Origin: Gammaproteobacteria bacterium
GTDB taxonomy: Bacteria; Pseudomonadota; Gammaproteobacteria; GCA-001735895
DNA length: 64,000 bases
Reading direction: 5' to 3'
Assembly: GCA_022340305.1 (NCBI GenBank)
Contig: JAJDOF010000027.1
Span: forward strand, 12,682 to 76,681
The notes below the pieces were generated by a model. That model was given only the letters and a program-made list of their open reading frames with translations. It made no database searches and was not told the origin of the DNA. This document shows positions 1-10,737 of the stretch, in pieces. Numbering within the stretch: position 1 is the first letter of the stretch; each line of letters starts with the position of its first letter. A program made the translations under genes and the position numbers.

Positions 1-342
1 CAGGCGGCGGGCGCGCGCAACAGTGGCAACGCGGTCAAACGAGAGCCGGGCATCGACTTCAGTCGACACGCGTCCGGGTACGCTTTTCTGGATTTCCAGG
101 CCAATGCTGACCGCGAGATAATCGCAGGCAGCCGCGGCACGTGCGGCCGGGCGAGTACCCTGGTCACGACCCCAGCGCTGCGCCTCGTCCAGCAATGGCT
201 GGTAGCGTGGCAAATCGGCGGCCTTGAGTAACAGCGACGGATTGGTAGTGGCATCCTGTGGCTGGTACTGAATGATGGCGTCCAGATCACCGGTATCGGC
301 GACTACCTGGGTCATGGATTTAAGTTGATCGAGTTTGTTCAT
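1..342 (-). CDS. tal: transaldolase, N-terminal part (gene runs off the left edge of the window)
   Basis: Manual reverse-strand translation from the ATG at 342 gives [57 protein letters not shown]. This matches the conserved TalB N-terminus ([17 protein letters not shown]). It is absent from the ORF track because it is truncated. Confidence 0.85.
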   Translation of the reverse strand, partial: MNKLDQLKSMTQVVADTGDLDAIIQYQPQDATTNPSLLLKAADLPRYQPLLDEAQRWGRDQGTRPAARAAAACDYLAVSIGLEIQKSVPGRVSTEVDARLSFDRVATVARARRL

Positions 343-429
343 TAGGCGCTGCTTGAGTAACATGGATTGAAAGACTGGCTGGACGCAGAGAATACCAGAA
401 AATCCGCGCGCGGATTAGGCTAAATCGCA

Positions 430-1200
430 ATGAAAGAAATCACCGCCATTATCCTGCTGCTCATCGCAATTTATCTGCTGATGGCCGCCTGTCTCTACCT
501 GTTTCAGCGTAAGCTCATCTATTATCCAGTTCCGCCTGATCCCGACTTCCAGGCCGAGGAAATCACCCTCACCAACGACGGCGTCAAGTTGCATGGCTGG
601 ATCCTGAACCCGGGCAAGGCAAAAGCCTTGATCTATTTTGGCGGGAATTCGGAGTTGATCACGCACCGGCAGGAATATTTTGAAACCGTTTTCGCCGACT
701 ACAGTGTCTATCTGGTTGATTACCGTGGATACGGCAGCAGCGAGGGCAGCCCTGACGAGGCTGCGCTATTTGCCGATGCCCTGGCAATCTACGATCACAT
801 CCGCGGTCAACACCATTCCATCAGCGCCTACGGACGCAGCCTCGGTAGCGGGGTCGCGGTTTACCTGGCGGCCAATCGTCCGCTCACGCAACTCATTCTG
901 TTGACGCCATACGACAGCATCGCCGAGGTCGGGCAAAAACTTTATCCGCTATTTCCTGTGCGCTTTCTGATCAAGGATCGTTTCGACTCCGCCGCTCGCG
1001 CCGCGGACATAACCACCGAGGTATTGATTGCAAGTGCTGAACTGGATCGCGAAATCGGTCTGCAACACACCCTTGCGCTGCGCCAGCGCTTTACCCGGGC
1101 TAAAGTTGAGTATCAGCAAATTAAAGGCGCCGCGCACAACGACATCATCGATTTTCCACAGTATCGAGCCCTGGTCGAACGCTTTATTGCCGAGAAATGA
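430..1200 (+). CDS. alpha/beta hydrolase with hydrophobic N-terminal anchor
   Basis: 256-aa ORF with nucleophile elbow GRSLGSG, DYRGYGSSEG and a C-terminal GAAHND catalytic-His region. Confidence 0.8.
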   Translation: MKEITAIILLLIAIYLLMAACLYLFQRKLIYYPVPPDPDFQAEEITLTNDGVKLHGWILNPGKAKALIYFGGNSELITHRQEYFETVFADYSVYLVDYRGYGSSEGSPDEAALFADALAIYDHIRGQHHSISAYGRSLGSGVAVYLAANRPLTQLILLTPYDSIAEVGQKLYPLFPVRFLIKDRFDSAARAADITTEVLIASAELDREIGLQHTLALRQRFTRAKVEYQQIKGAAHNDIIDFPQYRALVERFIAEK

Positions 1201-1202
1201 AA

Positions 1203-2378
1203 TTAAGCCTGGCGACTTTTGAGGTGTGCCTTGATACCGGAGAACACGGCCTTTGCCAGCTTTTGCTGGTGCTTCGGATTACGCAGTTTCTGCTCTTCCA
1301 CTGGATTTGACAGGAAGGCGGTTTCGATCAGGATCGAGGGCATGTCAGGTGCCTTTAATACGGCAAATCCGGCTTGCTGAACCGTCTTGTTGTTCAGTTT
1401 TGAAACCTTGCTGATTTGCGACAATACATCCGTTCCCAGTTCCAGGCTGTCCTGGATGGTGGCAGTTTGTGACAGGTCGAGTAACACGGAAGCGATCAAG
1501 TCGTCTTTGTCATCGAGGCTGATACCACCGATCAGATCGGATGCGTTTTCCTTTTTCGCAGCCCAGCGCGCGGCTTCCGAACTGGCGCCACTCAACGACA
1601 GGGCGTAAACAGACGCCCCTTTGACAGTCGACTTGTGAAAGGCATCGGCGTGCACTGACACGAAGATATCCGCCTCGGCTTCACGCGCTTTCTTGACACG
1701 ATTGCGCAACGACACAAAGCGGTCGGCATCGCGGGTCAGAATCGCCCGGTAGCCCGGTGTGCGGTTGACCAGGGTCTTCATTCTCTTACCTACCGCAAGC
1801 GCAATATCTTTTTCACGGGTACCCTTATGGCCGATAGCGCCCGGATCGCGACCACCGTGACCGGGATCGATGGCGATCACGAAGTGATCCTTGCGCTTGC
1901 TGCGTTCCTGCTCACTGGTCTTGATCGGGGTGGGACTCAAATTGGTGGCGTGCAGATCGACAACCAGTCGGTGTCCCGCGGTTCCGTCGGGTTTGAGTGC
2001 GAAGCTGCGAGGGCGAACCTTACCATTCAGGTCGAGTACCACGCGCAAGCGATCATTATTTTTACTCGCGGAACGCAGTCCAGTCATCAGGTTGGTGGTT
2101 GTCGAACTGACGTCGATAGCCTCACTCCTGCGAGTTCCCTTCAAATCGATAACTACGCGGTAGGGGTCATCCAGGGTGAAAAGGTCATGTTCGAATTCAC
2201 CGGTCAGGTCAAAAACGACGCGTGTATGGTCGTCCGCCGATTGAGAAATACGGATACCGGTCAAAGTGGTCAGCGGTTTGGAAAAGGCTGGTTTCGCGCC
2301 AAGCATTAGCGCTACCGATAACCCGTAACGGGATATCCGCTTCATGAAAGCTCGCCTGGCGATTAACAGTGGATCCAT
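1203..2378 (-). CDS. N-acetylmuramoyl-L-alanine amidase (AmiB/AmiC type, AMIN domain plus amidase_3 domain)
   Basis: Contains IAIDPGHGGRDPGA and VSVHADA motifs. The N-terminus ARRAFMKRIS followed by a hydrophobic stretch resembles a Tat/Sec signal. It lies downstream of nnr-tsaE, as amiB does in enterobacteria and pseudomonads. Confidence 0.88.
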   Translation of the reverse strand: MDPLLIARRAFMKRISRYGLSVALMLGAKPAFSKPLTTLTGIRISQSADDHTRVVFDLTGEFEHDLFTLDDPYRVVIDLKGTRRSEAIDVSSTTTNLMTGLRSASKNNDRLRVVLDLNGKVRPRSFALKPDGTAGHRLVVDLHATNLSPTPIKTSEQERSKRKDHFVIAIDPGHGGRDPGAIGHKGTREKDIALAVGKRMKTLVNRTPGYRAILTRDADRFVSLRNRVKKAREAEADIFVSVHADAFHKSTVKGASVYALSLSGASSEAARWAAKKENASDLIGGISLDDKDDLIASVLLDLSQTATIQDSLELGTDVLSQISKVSKLNNKTVQQAGFAVLKAPDMPSILIETAFLSNPVEEQKLRNPKHQQKLAKAVFSGIKAHLKSRQA

Positions 2379-2496
2379 GATTCGTTTATTTTTGCTTAAA
2401 TTCCGGGCTATTTATAGAGAAAATATCAAAAAAAATCAACACTTTTTCTATATTTATTATATAGATATTGAAGATATCTAAAATGGAAGTGAGGAT

Positions 2497-2985
2497 TTAT
2501 CGTGAATCCGAGGCATTTAATCGCGATAATAGCTCGAGTCCCCAGTCACTGCCCGCCGTAAGCTCGAGACGGCGCCCAGCGCTGTCATAATCAAGATCGA
2601 TCGCGAGATCCACCGCGTGCAGATAGCCAACAGCCCGTTCGGGCCACTCGATCAGGCACAATGTCTGCGGATTCAGGTAATCGCGATAGCCGAGATACTC
2701 GAGTTCCTCGCCATCGCCGAGCCGATACAGGTCAAAGTGCGCGACCGCCAGATGCCGCAAAGGATAATATTCCAGCAGAGTGTAGGTCGGACTGCGCACG
2801 CCGGAGTCGATCCCTTGTGCCTGCAAGGCGCCGCGCACCAGCGTAGTCTTGCCAGTACCGAGTTCACCCGAAAGCGTAATCACGCCACCGTGGTCGCAGG
2901 CGCCGATCAATCTTGCACCAAAAGCGCGCATTTCCTGTTCATTACGGATCAACACTTGATTGCTCGCAAAAAAATTATCCGGCAT
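2497..2985 (-). CDS. tsaE: tRNA t6A37 biosynthesis ATPase TsaE (YjeE)
   Basis: P-loop GELGTGKTT plus HFDLYRL and EWPE motifs, with nnr-tsaE-ami synteny. Start taken at the internal ATG (MPDNFF), which overlaps the nnr stop by 11 nt. Confidence 0.88.
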   Translation of the reverse strand: MPDNFFASNQVLIRNEQEMRAFGARLIGACDHGGVITLSGELGTGKTTLVRGALQAQGIDSGVRSPTYTLLEYYPLRHLAVAHFDLYRLGDGEELEYLGYRDYLNPQTLCLIEWPERAVGYLHAVDLAIDLDYDSAGRRLELTAGSDWGLELLSRLNASDSR

Positions 2986-4435
2986 CCCTGAGTTGCTTGA
3001 TAACGCGAGGGATAGCATCGACAACATCGCTTGCGATCAGCCCGGTCTGGTCGCTATCGACACTGTATAGCTCGGCACAAAGCGCATGGATATAAACCGC
3101 CGAGCGTGCCGCGGCGAAAGGCGCAAGCCCCTGCCCTAACAATGCGGCGATGATACCGCTGAGCACATCACCCATGCCCGCGCTCGCCATACCGGGGTTG
3201 CCGCGCGTATTGATTGCCGGCAACGCATCGCCAGGCCCGGCGATGATGGTACCGGAACCTTTCAGTACCGTGGTCGCGCCAAACAAATCGAGCAGGCGCT
3301 CACAGCTCAGCAATCGATTTGCCTGGATTTCTGTCGAGCTGGTCGACAATAACGCTGCCGCTTCGCCTGGATGGGGCGTTATCACGCGTTGCCGGCTGGC
3401 GAGCGATTTCAGGAAATCGGCTTCGAGAGCGCTGGCGTCGATAACCATCGGTTGTCGAGCACCACGCAGCGTCTGCAGACAGTGTTGCGCATCCACGGAG
3501 CGGCCCAGGCCGGGGCCAACGACGACCACGGTAGCATCGGCGAGCTTCGCCTCGAGCGCATCCCAGCCCAGCACCATGATTTCCGCAAATGCCGCAAGAC
3601 TATGCCGGCAGTCTGGATGCACCAACGCGGTCACCAGCCCGGCACCACTGCGCAGGGCAGCCTGTGCCGCGAGCGCAACTGCCCCGCTCATACCCTGGTC
3701 ACCGCCGATAATCAGCAGATTGCCATAGTGGTTCTTGTGCGAATTACGTTTGCGCGGCGCCGGCAACTCGCAGGACTCGATCACCTCGAGTGCCGCGGGC
3801 ACGCTGGCGCGTACTTCGCTGGAAACGCCGAGATCGTCAAATTGCAGTTCGCCACAATAATCGGGGCCGTCGGCGAGGTACTGTCCGGTCTTACGTCCGA
3901 TAAAGGTAATCGTCAGCTGTGCTTGCACCGCAACAGGCTGTGCAATACCACTTTGGCCATGCAGGCCGGAGGGAATGTCAATCGCCACGCGGGGCTGTGG
4001 CGCCGCGTTGATCGTCGTTACCAGGTCTTGCCAGTGCGCATCGAGCTCGCGTCGCAGACCGATACCGAGCAAGCCATCGACAATCACTTCACCAGCAATG
4101 CTTTGTCCTTGCCAGGCTTCACAGCTGCCTCCGTCCTGTTCCCACAGATCGCGGAAATGGCGCGAGGTCGCAGACTGTCGTGACAGGTCCCCCTGCACCA
4201 GCAGATGCACCGTGACGCCCTGGGTACGCGCGCACAGGGCGACTACAAACGCATCACCCCCGTTGTTGCCGGCACCTGCGAACACTGTCAGGCTGGACAG
4301 ACCGGGCCAGCGCAGGTCAATCGCCTGCCATACGCGGGCACCCGCGCGCTGCATCAATTCGACTTCGCTAACAGCGTCGGTGACGACCGCTGCGCGGTCC
4401 AGCCGATAGACCGATTCGGGTGTGTATAGAAACAT
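2975..4435 (-). CDS. nnr: bifunctional NAD(P)H-hydrate repair enzyme Nnr (epimerase / ADP-dependent dehydratase, YjeF)
   Basis: N-terminal YjeF_N motif GAGNNGGDAFV and a C-terminal carbohydrate-kinase-like domain (HKNHYGNLLIIGG, GNPGMASAGMGDVLSG). Start chosen at MFLYTPESVYRLDR. The track ORF extends to 4465 with a TTG start. Confidence 0.9.
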   Translation of the reverse strand: MFLYTPESVYRLDRAAVVTDAVSEVELMQRAGARVWQAIDLRWPGLSSLTVFAGAGNNGGDAFVVALCARTQGVTVHLLVQGDLSRQSATSRHFRDLWEQDGGSCEAWQGQSIAGEVIVDGLLGIGLRRELDAHWQDLVTTINAAPQPRVAIDIPSGLHGQSGIAQPVAVQAQLTITFIGRKTGQYLADGPDYCGELQFDDLGVSSEVRASVPAALEVIESCELPAPRKRNSHKNHYGNLLIIGGDQGMSGAVALAAQAALRSGAGLVTALVHPDCRHSLAAFAEIMVLGWDALEAKLADATVVVVGPGLGRSVDAQHCLQTLRGARQPMVIDASALEADFLKSLASRQRVITPHPGEAAALLSTSSTEIQANRLLSCERLLDLFGATTVLKGSGTIIAGPGDALPAINTRGNPGMASAGMGDVLSGIIAALLGQGLAPFAAARSAVYIHALCAELYSVDSDQTGLIASDVVDAIPRVIKQLRDAG

Positions 4436-4593
4436 GCTGAATTTATACCCCAGCAATCGTGTCAATGCTACCGCCGTCGGTGATATTTCACCACGCCATG
4501 ACGATCTCGCACCGCAGTTTTAAGTAAACGCACTGGCTGGCTTTGATATACTGACCGTGTCCTCTGCTCTGGTTCATTCCCCGGTTATCGTTT

Positions 4594-7419
4594 ATGTCTA
4601 TTCCCGCTACGCCCTTCCAGGAAAAATCCGACAAGGATTTACGTTCGCGCGTAAAGCTGCTCGGCAAGCTGGTGGGCAACGTGTTACTGAAACACGAAGC
4701 GCCGGAAGTATTTCACGCGGTTGAATCGCTGCGCACCGGGTTCATCCAGTTACGCAAGCGCGACAGTGAGGCGAAGCGCAAGACCCTGATAAAGCTGATC
4801 AATGGTCTCGAACCCGCCGTCATCAGCCAGGTCGTACGCGCGTTTACGCTTTACTTCAACCTGGTGAATATCGCCGAGGAAGACTATCTGCATCGGCTGC
4901 GTCGCAACTCGGTGCAGCAACAGGGCCATGCCGCCTGGGTCGGATCGTTTTATCACACCCTGGAAGAGTTCAAGGATCAGGGTATTGCTGTCGACGAATT
5001 ACAGGCCATGTGCAATCGCCTGTTATACAAGCCGGTATTTACCGCGCATCCAACTGAATCGCGGCGGCGCACTATCATGCACCACCAGCGCGAAGTGTTC
5101 AAAATCATCGACCAGCTAACCGATCCGCGCCTCAGCCAGTTCGATCGCGACGATCTGGTCGATACCCTGCAACTACAGATCGAAACCCTGTGGCTGACCA
5201 ACGAGGTGCGTGCCAGCAAACCGACGGTGATCGATGAAATCAAGATGGGGCTGCACTACTTTCAACGCAGCCTGTACGAGGCCGTGCAGGTTGACTACCG
5301 CTATCTCGAGCGTGCAGTGCTGAACACTTACGGTGAAGACGACCACGGTAACCCGGTGGTTACCATTCCGAGCTTCATCCAGTTCGGCTCCTGGATCGGC
5401 GGCGACCGCGACGGTAATCCCTTCGTGACCGCGCAACTGACGCGCACGGCATTGCGCATGCAGGCCGAAGAAATCCTCAGCGAGCACTTGCGCCTGGTCA
5501 GTCGACTTACCCAGGTACTGACCATGTCGACACGCTGGTTCTCACCCAGCGAAGAATTCCTGCTCAGCCTTAAACGGGATGAAGCGCTCGGGGTAAAAGC
5601 CTTCGACCAGCGCCGCGATCAGTTCGAAGACGAAGTCTACCGGCGCAAGCTCTACCACATGCATTATCGGCTGCGTAAAAACCTCGCATGTGTTCGCAAC
5701 CAGCTGCGCGGTGAGGAAACTCCCGACAGCGAACACGCCTACCCAAGCGCAGATGATTACCTCGCCGATCTCTACTCGATACGTGATTCGCTGATCTCCC
5801 ACGGCGATTTCGCCGCGGCTAACGGTGATTTGAAAGACGCGATTCGCATCGCCGAAACCTTCGGTTTTCACCTGGTATCGCTCGACCTGCGACAGGAATC
5901 GACGCGCCATAGCCAGGCGGTTGCCGAGATACTGCGTCAGGATGGGACAACTGGCTATCTGCAGCTCGACGAGGCCGGTCGGCTGGCAACGCTTGCGGCG
6001 GCCATAGAAGACAGCCGCAAACCCGATTTCGACGCGCACAAATTGACCGACGAAAGTCGCGAAGTGCTCGACGTATTCGCGACGATTGGAGAAATGCGCG
6101 CGCAGATCGGCCAACGCTGCATCGGCAGTTACGTCATTTCGATGACCCACGATGCCAGCCATATCATGGAAGTCATGTACCTCGGTTTTATTACCGGTCT
6201 GGCCGGCAAGTTCGAGGGCGACTATTTTTGTGAACTCGAAATCGCCCCGCTGTTTGAAACCATCGATGACCTTGGCCATATCGACAGCGTGCTCGACAGG
6301 CTATTACAGAACCCGGTGTACAAGGCGCTGCTGGGCAAGTCCGGTGATATGCAGGAAGTGATGCTTGGGTATTCAGATTCCTGCAAGGATGGCGGTATTC
6401 TGTGTGCCGCCTGGGGCCTCTACCAGGCCCAGCAAAAAGTGGTGCGGATCAGTACCCGCCATGGCATAAACTGTCGAATTTTTCACGGTCGCGGTGGCAC
6501 CATCACCCGCGGTGGCGGGCCGACACACGATGCCATCATGTCACAACCGCAAAATACCGTTCAGGGGCAAATCAAGTTTACCGAGCAGGGCGAAGTCCTG
6601 TCTCACAAATACGGCAACGCCGAAACCGCAATTTACGAATTGACCATGGGGATTACCGGCCTGATGAAGGCAACCATGGCGACGCTGCAGGCGGATCGCG
6701 AAAATTACGACGAGTTCCATCCGGCAATGCAGCAGCTGGCCGATTACTCGGAAACCTACTACCGCGAGTTGACCGACCACACCGCCGGATTCTTCGAGTA
6801 CTTTTACGAGACCACACCGGTCAGCGAAATCGGCCTGATGAATATCGGCTCGCGGCCATCGCATCGGCGCAAGGGCGACATGTCCAAGACCTCGGTGCGT
6901 GCCATTCCCTGGGTGTTCGGCTGGAGCATGTCGCGCACCACCATGCCCGCCTGGTACGGCGTTGGCTACGCGATCGACCAATGGAGCAAGGGCGACCCCG
7001 CACGGATCAAAATGCTACGACGCATGAATCGGCGCTGGCCATTTTTTGCGGCGATGATCAGCAACCTGCAAATGTCATTGTTCAAATCGGATATGCGCAT
7101 CGCCCGCGAGTACAGCGGGCTGTGCGACAATCGCAAACTGGCCGACGGTATCTTCAAACTGTTGCGCGAAGAGAACAGGCGCAGTATCGAAGGCGTGCTG
7201 CAGGTAGCTGGCAGCAAGAATCTGCTGGCGAAGGATTCGTTACTCAAACTGTCACTGACGCGACGCGACCCCTACCTCGACCCGCTGGCTTATCTGCAAA
7301 TCGACTTGCTGCGTAAGTATCGCGATGAAAGCCAGAGCGAGGCCGATCGCATGCAATGGCAGGCAGCCCTGTTGAGTTCGATCAACGGCATCGCCGCGGG
7401 CCTGCGCAACACCGGCTAG
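4594..7419 (+). CDS. ppc: phosphoenolpyruvate carboxylase
   Basis: 941 aa with signature motifs VFTAHPTE, GYSDSCKDGG, FHGRGGTITRGGGP and C-terminal LRNTG. Confidence 0.97.
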   Translation: MSIPATPFQEKSDKDLRSRVKLLGKLVGNVLLKHEAPEVFHAVESLRTGFIQLRKRDSEAKRKTLIKLINGLEPAVISQVVRAFTLYFNLVNIAEEDYLHRLRRNSVQQQGHAAWVGSFYHTLEEFKDQGIAVDELQAMCNRLLYKPVFTAHPTESRRRTIMHHQREVFKIIDQLTDPRLSQFDRDDLVDTLQLQIETLWLTNEVRASKPTVIDEIKMGLHYFQRSLYEAVQVDYRYLERAVLNTYGEDDHGNPVVTIPSFIQFGSWIGGDRDGNPFVTAQLTRTALRMQAEEILSEHLRLVSRLTQVLTMSTRWFSPSEEFLLSLKRDEALGVKAFDQRRDQFEDEVYRRKLYHMHYRLRKNLACVRNQLRGEETPDSEHAYPSADDYLADLYSIRDSLISHGDFAAANGDLKDAIRIAETFGFHLVSLDLRQESTRHSQAVAEILRQDGTTGYLQLDEAGRLATLAAAIEDSRKPDFDAHKLTDESREVLDVFATIGEMRAQIGQRCIGSYVISMTHDASHIMEVMYLGFITGLAGKFEGDYFCELEIAPLFETIDDLGHIDSVLDRLLQNPVYKALLGKSGDMQEVMLGYSDSCKDGGILCAAWGLYQAQQKVVRISTRHGINCRIFHGRGGTITRGGGPTHDAIMSQPQNTVQGQIKFTEQGEVLSHKYGNAETAIYELTMGITGLMKATMATLQADRENYDEFHPAMQQLADYSETYYRELTDHTAGFFEYFYETTPVSEIGLMNIGSRPSHRRKGDMSKTSVRAIPWVFGWSMSRTTMPAWYGVGYAIDQWSKGDPARIKMLRRMNRRWPFFAAMISNLQMSLFKSDMRIAREYSGLCDNRKLADGIFKLLREENRRSIEGVLQVAGSKNLLAKDSLLKLSLTRRDPYLDPLAYLQIDLLRKYRDESQSEADRMQWQAALLSSINGIAAGLRNTG

Positions 7420-7494
7420 CGTCAGGACTGTACATAGCATTATAGTCAGGCACCGGGATAACCAGGCCTGGCGACCGCTTCAGGAGAAATCACT

Positions 7495-8370
7495 GTGAAA
7501 TTATTGAGTTATCAAAGCGCAGATGGGCAATCGCATCTCGGGGTGCTGCGCCAGGAACGCATCATCAACCTGCAGCAGGCAAGTGACGCCGCGCTGCCCG
7601 ACGATATGCTCGAATTTCTGCGCCTGGGCGCTGCTGCAATGGCATCTGCCCGCATCCTGGTGGCTGAGCAGGCGGGTGATATCGCCCTCGATTCGGTCAG
7701 GCTGCTGGCGCCCATCGTGAACCCGGGCAAGGTCGTCGCCATTGGCCTGAACTACATGGATCACGTGCGCGAGGGCGGATTCGAGGTACCCGAATTCGCC
7801 ACCATGTTCTGCAAGTATCCCTCGTCCATCATCGCCAGCGGCGAGGATATTCGGTGGTCGTCACAACTGACACAACAGGTGGACTACGAAGCTGAACTGG
7901 CCGTGGTGATCGGCAACACCGCACGCAACGTCGCCGCCGCCGATGCGTATGATTACATTGCCGGCTACCTGAACTGTAATGACGTCAGCGCGCGCGACCT
8001 GCAATTCAGGAAGGGCGACCAGTGGTTGCGCGGTAAATGCCTGGACAGCTTCTGCCCGCTCGGGCCTTACCTGGTCAGCGCCGACGAAATACCGGATCCG
8101 CATGCATTATCGATCCAGTGCCGCGTCAACGGGGAATTGCGACAGAATTCAAACACCGGCGAGATCATTCACCGCATTCCGCAACTGATCGAATACTTGA
8201 GCGCGGCGTTCACCCTGCAACCCGGCGACGTGATCATCACCGGAACCCCGCCCGGCGTCGGCGCCTTCCACAAACCGCCGCTGTGGCTCGAAGATGGCGA
8301 CCTGGTCGAGGTCGAGATCGAGGGCCTTGGCCTGCTGCGCAATCGCTGCGCGGTGGACACCGCGCAATAA
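7495..8370 (+). CDS. fumarylacetoacetate hydrolase (FAH) family protein
   Basis: GTG start. Motifs GLNYMDH, VDYEAELAVVIG, NDVSARDLQ, GKCLDSFCPLGP and GDVIITGTPPGVG. Confidence 0.88.
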   Translation: MKLLSYQSADGQSHLGVLRQERIINLQQASDAALPDDMLEFLRLGAAAMASARILVAEQAGDIALDSVRLLAPIVNPGKVVAIGLNYMDHVREGGFEVPEFATMFCKYPSSIIASGEDIRWSSQLTQQVDYEAELAVVIGNTARNVAAADAYDYIAGYLNCNDVSARDLQFRKGDQWLRGKCLDSFCPLGPYLVSADEIPDPHALSIQCRVNGELRQNSNTGEIIHRIPQLIEYLSAAFTLQPGDVIITGTPPGVGAFHKPPLWLEDGDLVEVEIEGLGLLRNRCAVDTAQ

Positions 8371-8455
8371 GGCAGACGCGAATTGTCAGATTGGAATGGC
8401 ATTCGGCGGGCGAATTTGCATAATAAGTAGAACCATAAAATAGACGGGGCATATC

Positions 8456-9505
8456 ATGAAGATCCACGACAATATTCTCGGCACCATCGGCAATACACCG
8501 ATCGTCAAGATCAACAAGCTGGGCCCGGCCCATGTCAATCTGTATGTGAAAATCGAATCCTTCAACCCGATGAGTTCGGTCAAGGACCGGCTTGCGCTGG
8601 GTATTATCGAAGATGCCGAAAAATCCGGTGCGCTGAAGCCAGGGCAGACCGTGGTCGAGGCCACCAGCGGCAACACCGGCATCGGGCTCGCAATGGTCTG
8701 CGCACAAAAGGGTTATCCACTGGTAGTCACCATGGCCGAGAGCTTCAGCATCGAGCGGCGTAAGCTGATGCGCTTCCTGGGTGCGCAGGTGGTGCTGACA
8801 CCGGCGCCGCTAAAAGGTAGCGGCATGGTGCAGAAAGCACGCGAGCTCGCCGAAAAACACGGCTGGTTCATGACGCGCCAGTTCGAAAACGAAGCCAATG
8901 CCAACATGCACTCAAAGACGACAGCACCGGAGATACTGGATGCCTTTGACGGCATCTCGCTCGACTACTGGGTGACCGGTTACGGCACCGGTGGGACCCT
9001 GAAAGGAGTATCGCGAGTGCTTCGGGAGAAAAGTCCCGGTACCAAAATCGTCGTCTGCGAACCCGAGGCAGCCCCGCTGTTGAAAGACGGTATCGAGCAG
9101 AAACGCAACGACGACGGCTCAGCCGCGGAAAGTCATCCCAGTTTCAGTCCACACCCGATGCAGGGCTGGACTCCCGATTTTATTCCCAAGCTCGCCGGCG
9201 ACTCGGTCGATGCAAAAAATGCCGATCATATCCTGACAGTTACCAATCCGCGCGCAATGGAGTGTTCACGCAACCTGGCGCGACGGGAAGGCATCTTTGT
9301 CGGCATCAGTGCCGGCGCGACGTTGGCGGCAGCACTGGAGATCGCCGAATCGGCGCCCGCGGGTTCCAATATTCTGGCGATGCTGCCGGATACCGGTGAG
9401 CGCTACCTGAGCACACCCCTGTTTGAAGGTATCGAAATAGAAATGTCCGCTGGCGAGAGTGAACTGTCGGCGTCAACGCCAGGCTGCCAGTTCCCGGCGA
9501 GCTGA
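8456..9505 (+). CDS. cysK: cysteine synthase A (O-acetylserine sulfhydrylase), long form
   Basis: GNTPIVKINKL, PLP-lysine region NPMSSVKDR, and TSGNTGIGLA. At 349 aa it has an internal insertion relative to the ~320-aa forms. Confidence 0.88.
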   Translation: MKIHDNILGTIGNTPIVKINKLGPAHVNLYVKIESFNPMSSVKDRLALGIIEDAEKSGALKPGQTVVEATSGNTGIGLAMVCAQKGYPLVVTMAESFSIERRKLMRFLGAQVVLTPAPLKGSGMVQKARELAEKHGWFMTRQFENEANANMHSKTTAPEILDAFDGISLDYWVTGYGTGGTLKGVSRVLREKSPGTKIVVCEPEAAPLLKDGIEQKRNDDGSAAESHPSFSPHPMQGWTPDFIPKLAGDSVDAKNADHILTVTNPRAMECSRNLARREGIFVGISAGATLAAALEIAESAPAGSNILAMLPDTGERYLSTPLFEGIEIEMSAGESELSASTPGCQFPAS

Positions 9506-9518
9506 CCAGGCGCTAATC

Positions 9519-10703
9519 TCAGGCCGGCTCCCTGGCCGGCCTGAAAACGGTTTCCATGCCACGCTCCGGTGCCGCGGGAATCAGTTGCGACAACAGCAGC
9601 GACACCACGGCAAAACCGGCACCGACGAGAAATACCATCGCCGGTGAAATAATCCACACCATGCCCAGTGCAAACGGCAGAATCACCGCGGCGATGTGAT
9701 TGATCGAGAATGACACGCCGGCAGTCGCGGCCATGTCCCTGGGGTCGGCGATCTTCTTCAGATAACTCTTGAGCGCAATCGCCATGGCGAAAAACAGGTG
9801 GTCGAAGATGTAAAGTATGGAGGCGAACCAGGCGCTTTCGGCAAAGGCGTAGGCAGTGAAAATAATCACCAGCCCGACGTACTCGAGGGTCAGTGTGCGG
9901 CGCTCCCCCCAGAAAATGACCAGGCGACCGATGCGTGGCGCCAGGTAGATCGACAACACCCCGTTGACCAGAAACAACAGGGTCATCTGCGACACCGTGA
10001 AACCGAATTTTTCGACCATTAAGAAGCCGGCGAAGACGACAAAGATCTGACGGCGAGCACCCGACAGAAAGGTCAGCAGGTAGTACAACCAGTAACGTCG
10101 ACGCAGCACCATGGTCTTGTGTTGTTCGGCGTCGCCGCTGAAATGCGGGCAGCCAAAATACATGACCAACGCGATCACCAGGGTGAAGCTGCCGAACATC
10201 AGGTAAATCCACAGGTAATCCAGCGCCAGCCATTCAACCAGCAAATAGATACCGGCAAACACCGCGAGCCCGGTAAACGAGGTCACCGCGATCTGCCGGC
10301 CGAGCACCAGCGGTAATCGTTCGGTGCTGATGAGTTGCAGGGATAGCGACTGTACGATGGTTTCGGCGTAGTGGAAACCAACCGACATCAGCACCGTGGT
10401 GCAGTAAAGTCCAAGCACCGATGGCAGCATGCCGGTAATGGCGGTACCGATGCCCAGGGCCAGCAGCGACACGAAAGCGATGGTTTGTTCGCGCATCAAC
10501 ACCAGCAGGAACACCACGCCAAAGGCGAGAAACCCAGGGACTTCGCGCAGGCTCTGCAGTATTCCCATTTCGATACCGCTGAAAGCAGCCTGTTCCACCG
10601 CGAAATTATTGATCATCGACTGCCAGGCGGCAAAGCTGATCGGTACCGCGGCGGCGAACAGGTATAAATAGATCTCGGGTTTTTGCAGTTGCTGTCTTAA
10701 CAT
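9519..10703 (-). CDS. MFS transporter
   Basis: About 12 hydrophobic segments along the ORF. Start taken at the internal ATG (MLRQQLQKPEIYLYLF) to avoid overlapping the divergent LysE gene. The track ORF extends to 10790. Confidence 0.75.
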   Translation of the reverse strand: MLRQQLQKPEIYLYLFAAAVPISFAAWQSMINNFAVEQAAFSGIEMGILQSLREVPGFLAFGVVFLLVLMREQTIAFVSLLALGIGTAITGMLPSVLGLYCTTVLMSVGFHYAETIVQSLSLQLISTERLPLVLGRQIAVTSFTGLAVFAGIYLLVEWLALDYLWIYLMFGSFTLVIALVMYFGCPHFSGDAEQHKTMVLRRRYWLYYLLTFLSGARRQIFVVFAGFLMVEKFGFTVSQMTLLFLVNGVLSIYLAPRIGRLVIFWGERRTLTLEYVGLVIIFTAYAFAESAWFASILYIFDHLFFAMAIALKSYLKKIADPRDMAATAGVSFSINHIAAVILPFALGMVWIISPAMVFLVGAGFAVVSLLLSQLIPAAPERGMETVFRPAREPA

Positions 10704-10737
10704 GCAGGAATTCTGTACGTTAATCGCGCATTGTTCA

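Noticed and set aside
9519-9544. Strong hairpin TCAGGCCGG-N8-CCGGCCTGA as a cysK terminator.
   Set aside because: It is followed by A's, not a T-run, on the cysK strand. It also lies within the last codons of the convergent MFS gene. Its function as a terminator is therefore unsupported, although it might act bidirectionally.
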